This document shows, in pieces, positions 63,648 through 64,000 of a stretch of DNA of 64,000 nucleotides; the first letter of the stretch is position 1; each line of letters opens with the position of its first letter. The position numbers were made by a program, and so were the translations under genes. The DNA lies in contig JBDRCX010000006.1 of NCBI GenBank assembly GCA_043821365.1, positions 711,417-775,416 of the forward strand, given 5' to 3'. Under the pieces are notes generated by a model. It was not told the DNA's origin, did no database searches, and saw only the letters and a program-made list of their open reading frames with translations. The DNA is from Candidatus Micrarchaeota archaeon. Lineage in GTDB: Archaea; Micrarchaeota; Micrarchaeia; Anstonellales; Bilamarchaeaceae.

Positions 63648-63944
63648 ATGGTTAGGCCAAAAAAATGTAGGTGCATTTCCAGAGAGCCTGGAGTTACATA
63701 TTTCAAACCAGTTGGTGTGCCACTAAAACAACTCAAAGAAATAGAACTAAGTATTGATGAATTTGAAGCAATCAGACTTGTCGACTTTCTTGATCAAGAA
63801 CAAATATCTGCTGCTGAAAAAATGAAAGTTTCTCAACCAACATTAAACCGCTTGCTTAAATCAGCCAGAAAAAAATCAGCAGAATATTTAGTAAATGGTT
63901 ATTCTTTGAAAATTAATGGAGGAAATTATTATATTTCGAGGTGA
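63648..63944 (+). CDS. DUF134 (UPF0251) predicted DNA-binding protein
   Basis: MVRPKKCRCI...P.V.YFKP.G ... EFEAIRLVD ... Q.EAA..M.VSQPT..R.L..ARKK. Confidence 0.8.
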   Translation: MVRPKKCRCISREPGVTYFKPVGVPLKQLKEIELSIDEFEAIRLVDFLDQEQISAAEKMKVSQPTLNRLLKSARKKSAEYLVNGYSLKINGGNYYISR

Positions 63945-63948
63945 TACG

Positions 63949-64000
63949 ATGCCAAATAAAGATGGAACTGGACCAAGATGGTCAAGCGGAAATTGGAGAT
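63949..64000 (+). CDS. DUF5320-like small protein, N-terminal fragment (window edge)
   Basis: MPNKDGTGPRWSSGNWR matches the MP-x-x-DGTGP start typical of genes following DUF134. Confidence 0.45.
   Translation, partial: MPNKDGTGPRWSSGNWR

Overview
AT-rich archaeal chromosome segment. By eye it is roughly one-third GC, genes are tightly packed, many genes have GGTG-type Shine-Dalgarno motifs, and promoters look like TTTATA-type TATA boxes. The gene content fits a small-genome, DPANN-like archaeon, but that lineage call is inference only.

Recognisable content:
- Translation and transcription genes: asnS, EF-1alpha, EF-1beta, aIF5A, uS2, uS9, uL13, eL18, eS24, eS31, uS13, uS4, uS11, rpoN, rpoD, Kae1.
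- An almost complete lower half of the archaeal trans-anhydromevalonate-phosphate mevalonate pathway: IPK, AcnX small and large subunits, a UbiD-like decarboxylase, UbiX, and mvk nearby. glnA and an unknown kinase-like gene sit inside this cluster.
- An aconitase-icd-aclB-aclA operon directly downstream of a dtxR-feoA-feoB operon.
- An agmatine-to-putrescine pair (aguB, aguA).
- smc, hjc, nth, tatD, nadM, a Fic protein, and several Cys-rich secreted or anchored repeat proteins.

The most unusual signal is at the RNA and DNA level:
- Four of the five tRNA genes carry very long insertions or introns of 43 to about 180 nt. One tRNA has two introns, and one has an insertion in the T-loop.
- These inserts, and several spacers next to tRNA and ribosomal-protein genes, are built from a recurring palindromic hairpin module: a GC-rich core, a T4-6 run, a short loop, an A4-6 run and the core complement, often followed by CCAAAAAC.
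- The tRNA-Leu locus carries tRNA-derived direct repeats that bracket a Fic gene, next to a hairpin-rich RNA-like region.
- An Lrp/AsnC regulator convergent with a SAM methyltransferase occurs twice as a paralogous two-gene module.

I found no CRISPR array, cas genes, integrase, transposase or rRNA.

All protein calls rest on motif recognition by eye, and no database search was run. Several starts differ from the supplied ORF track. I moved them to ATG or SD-supported positions, and each change is noted in the feature's evidence field.
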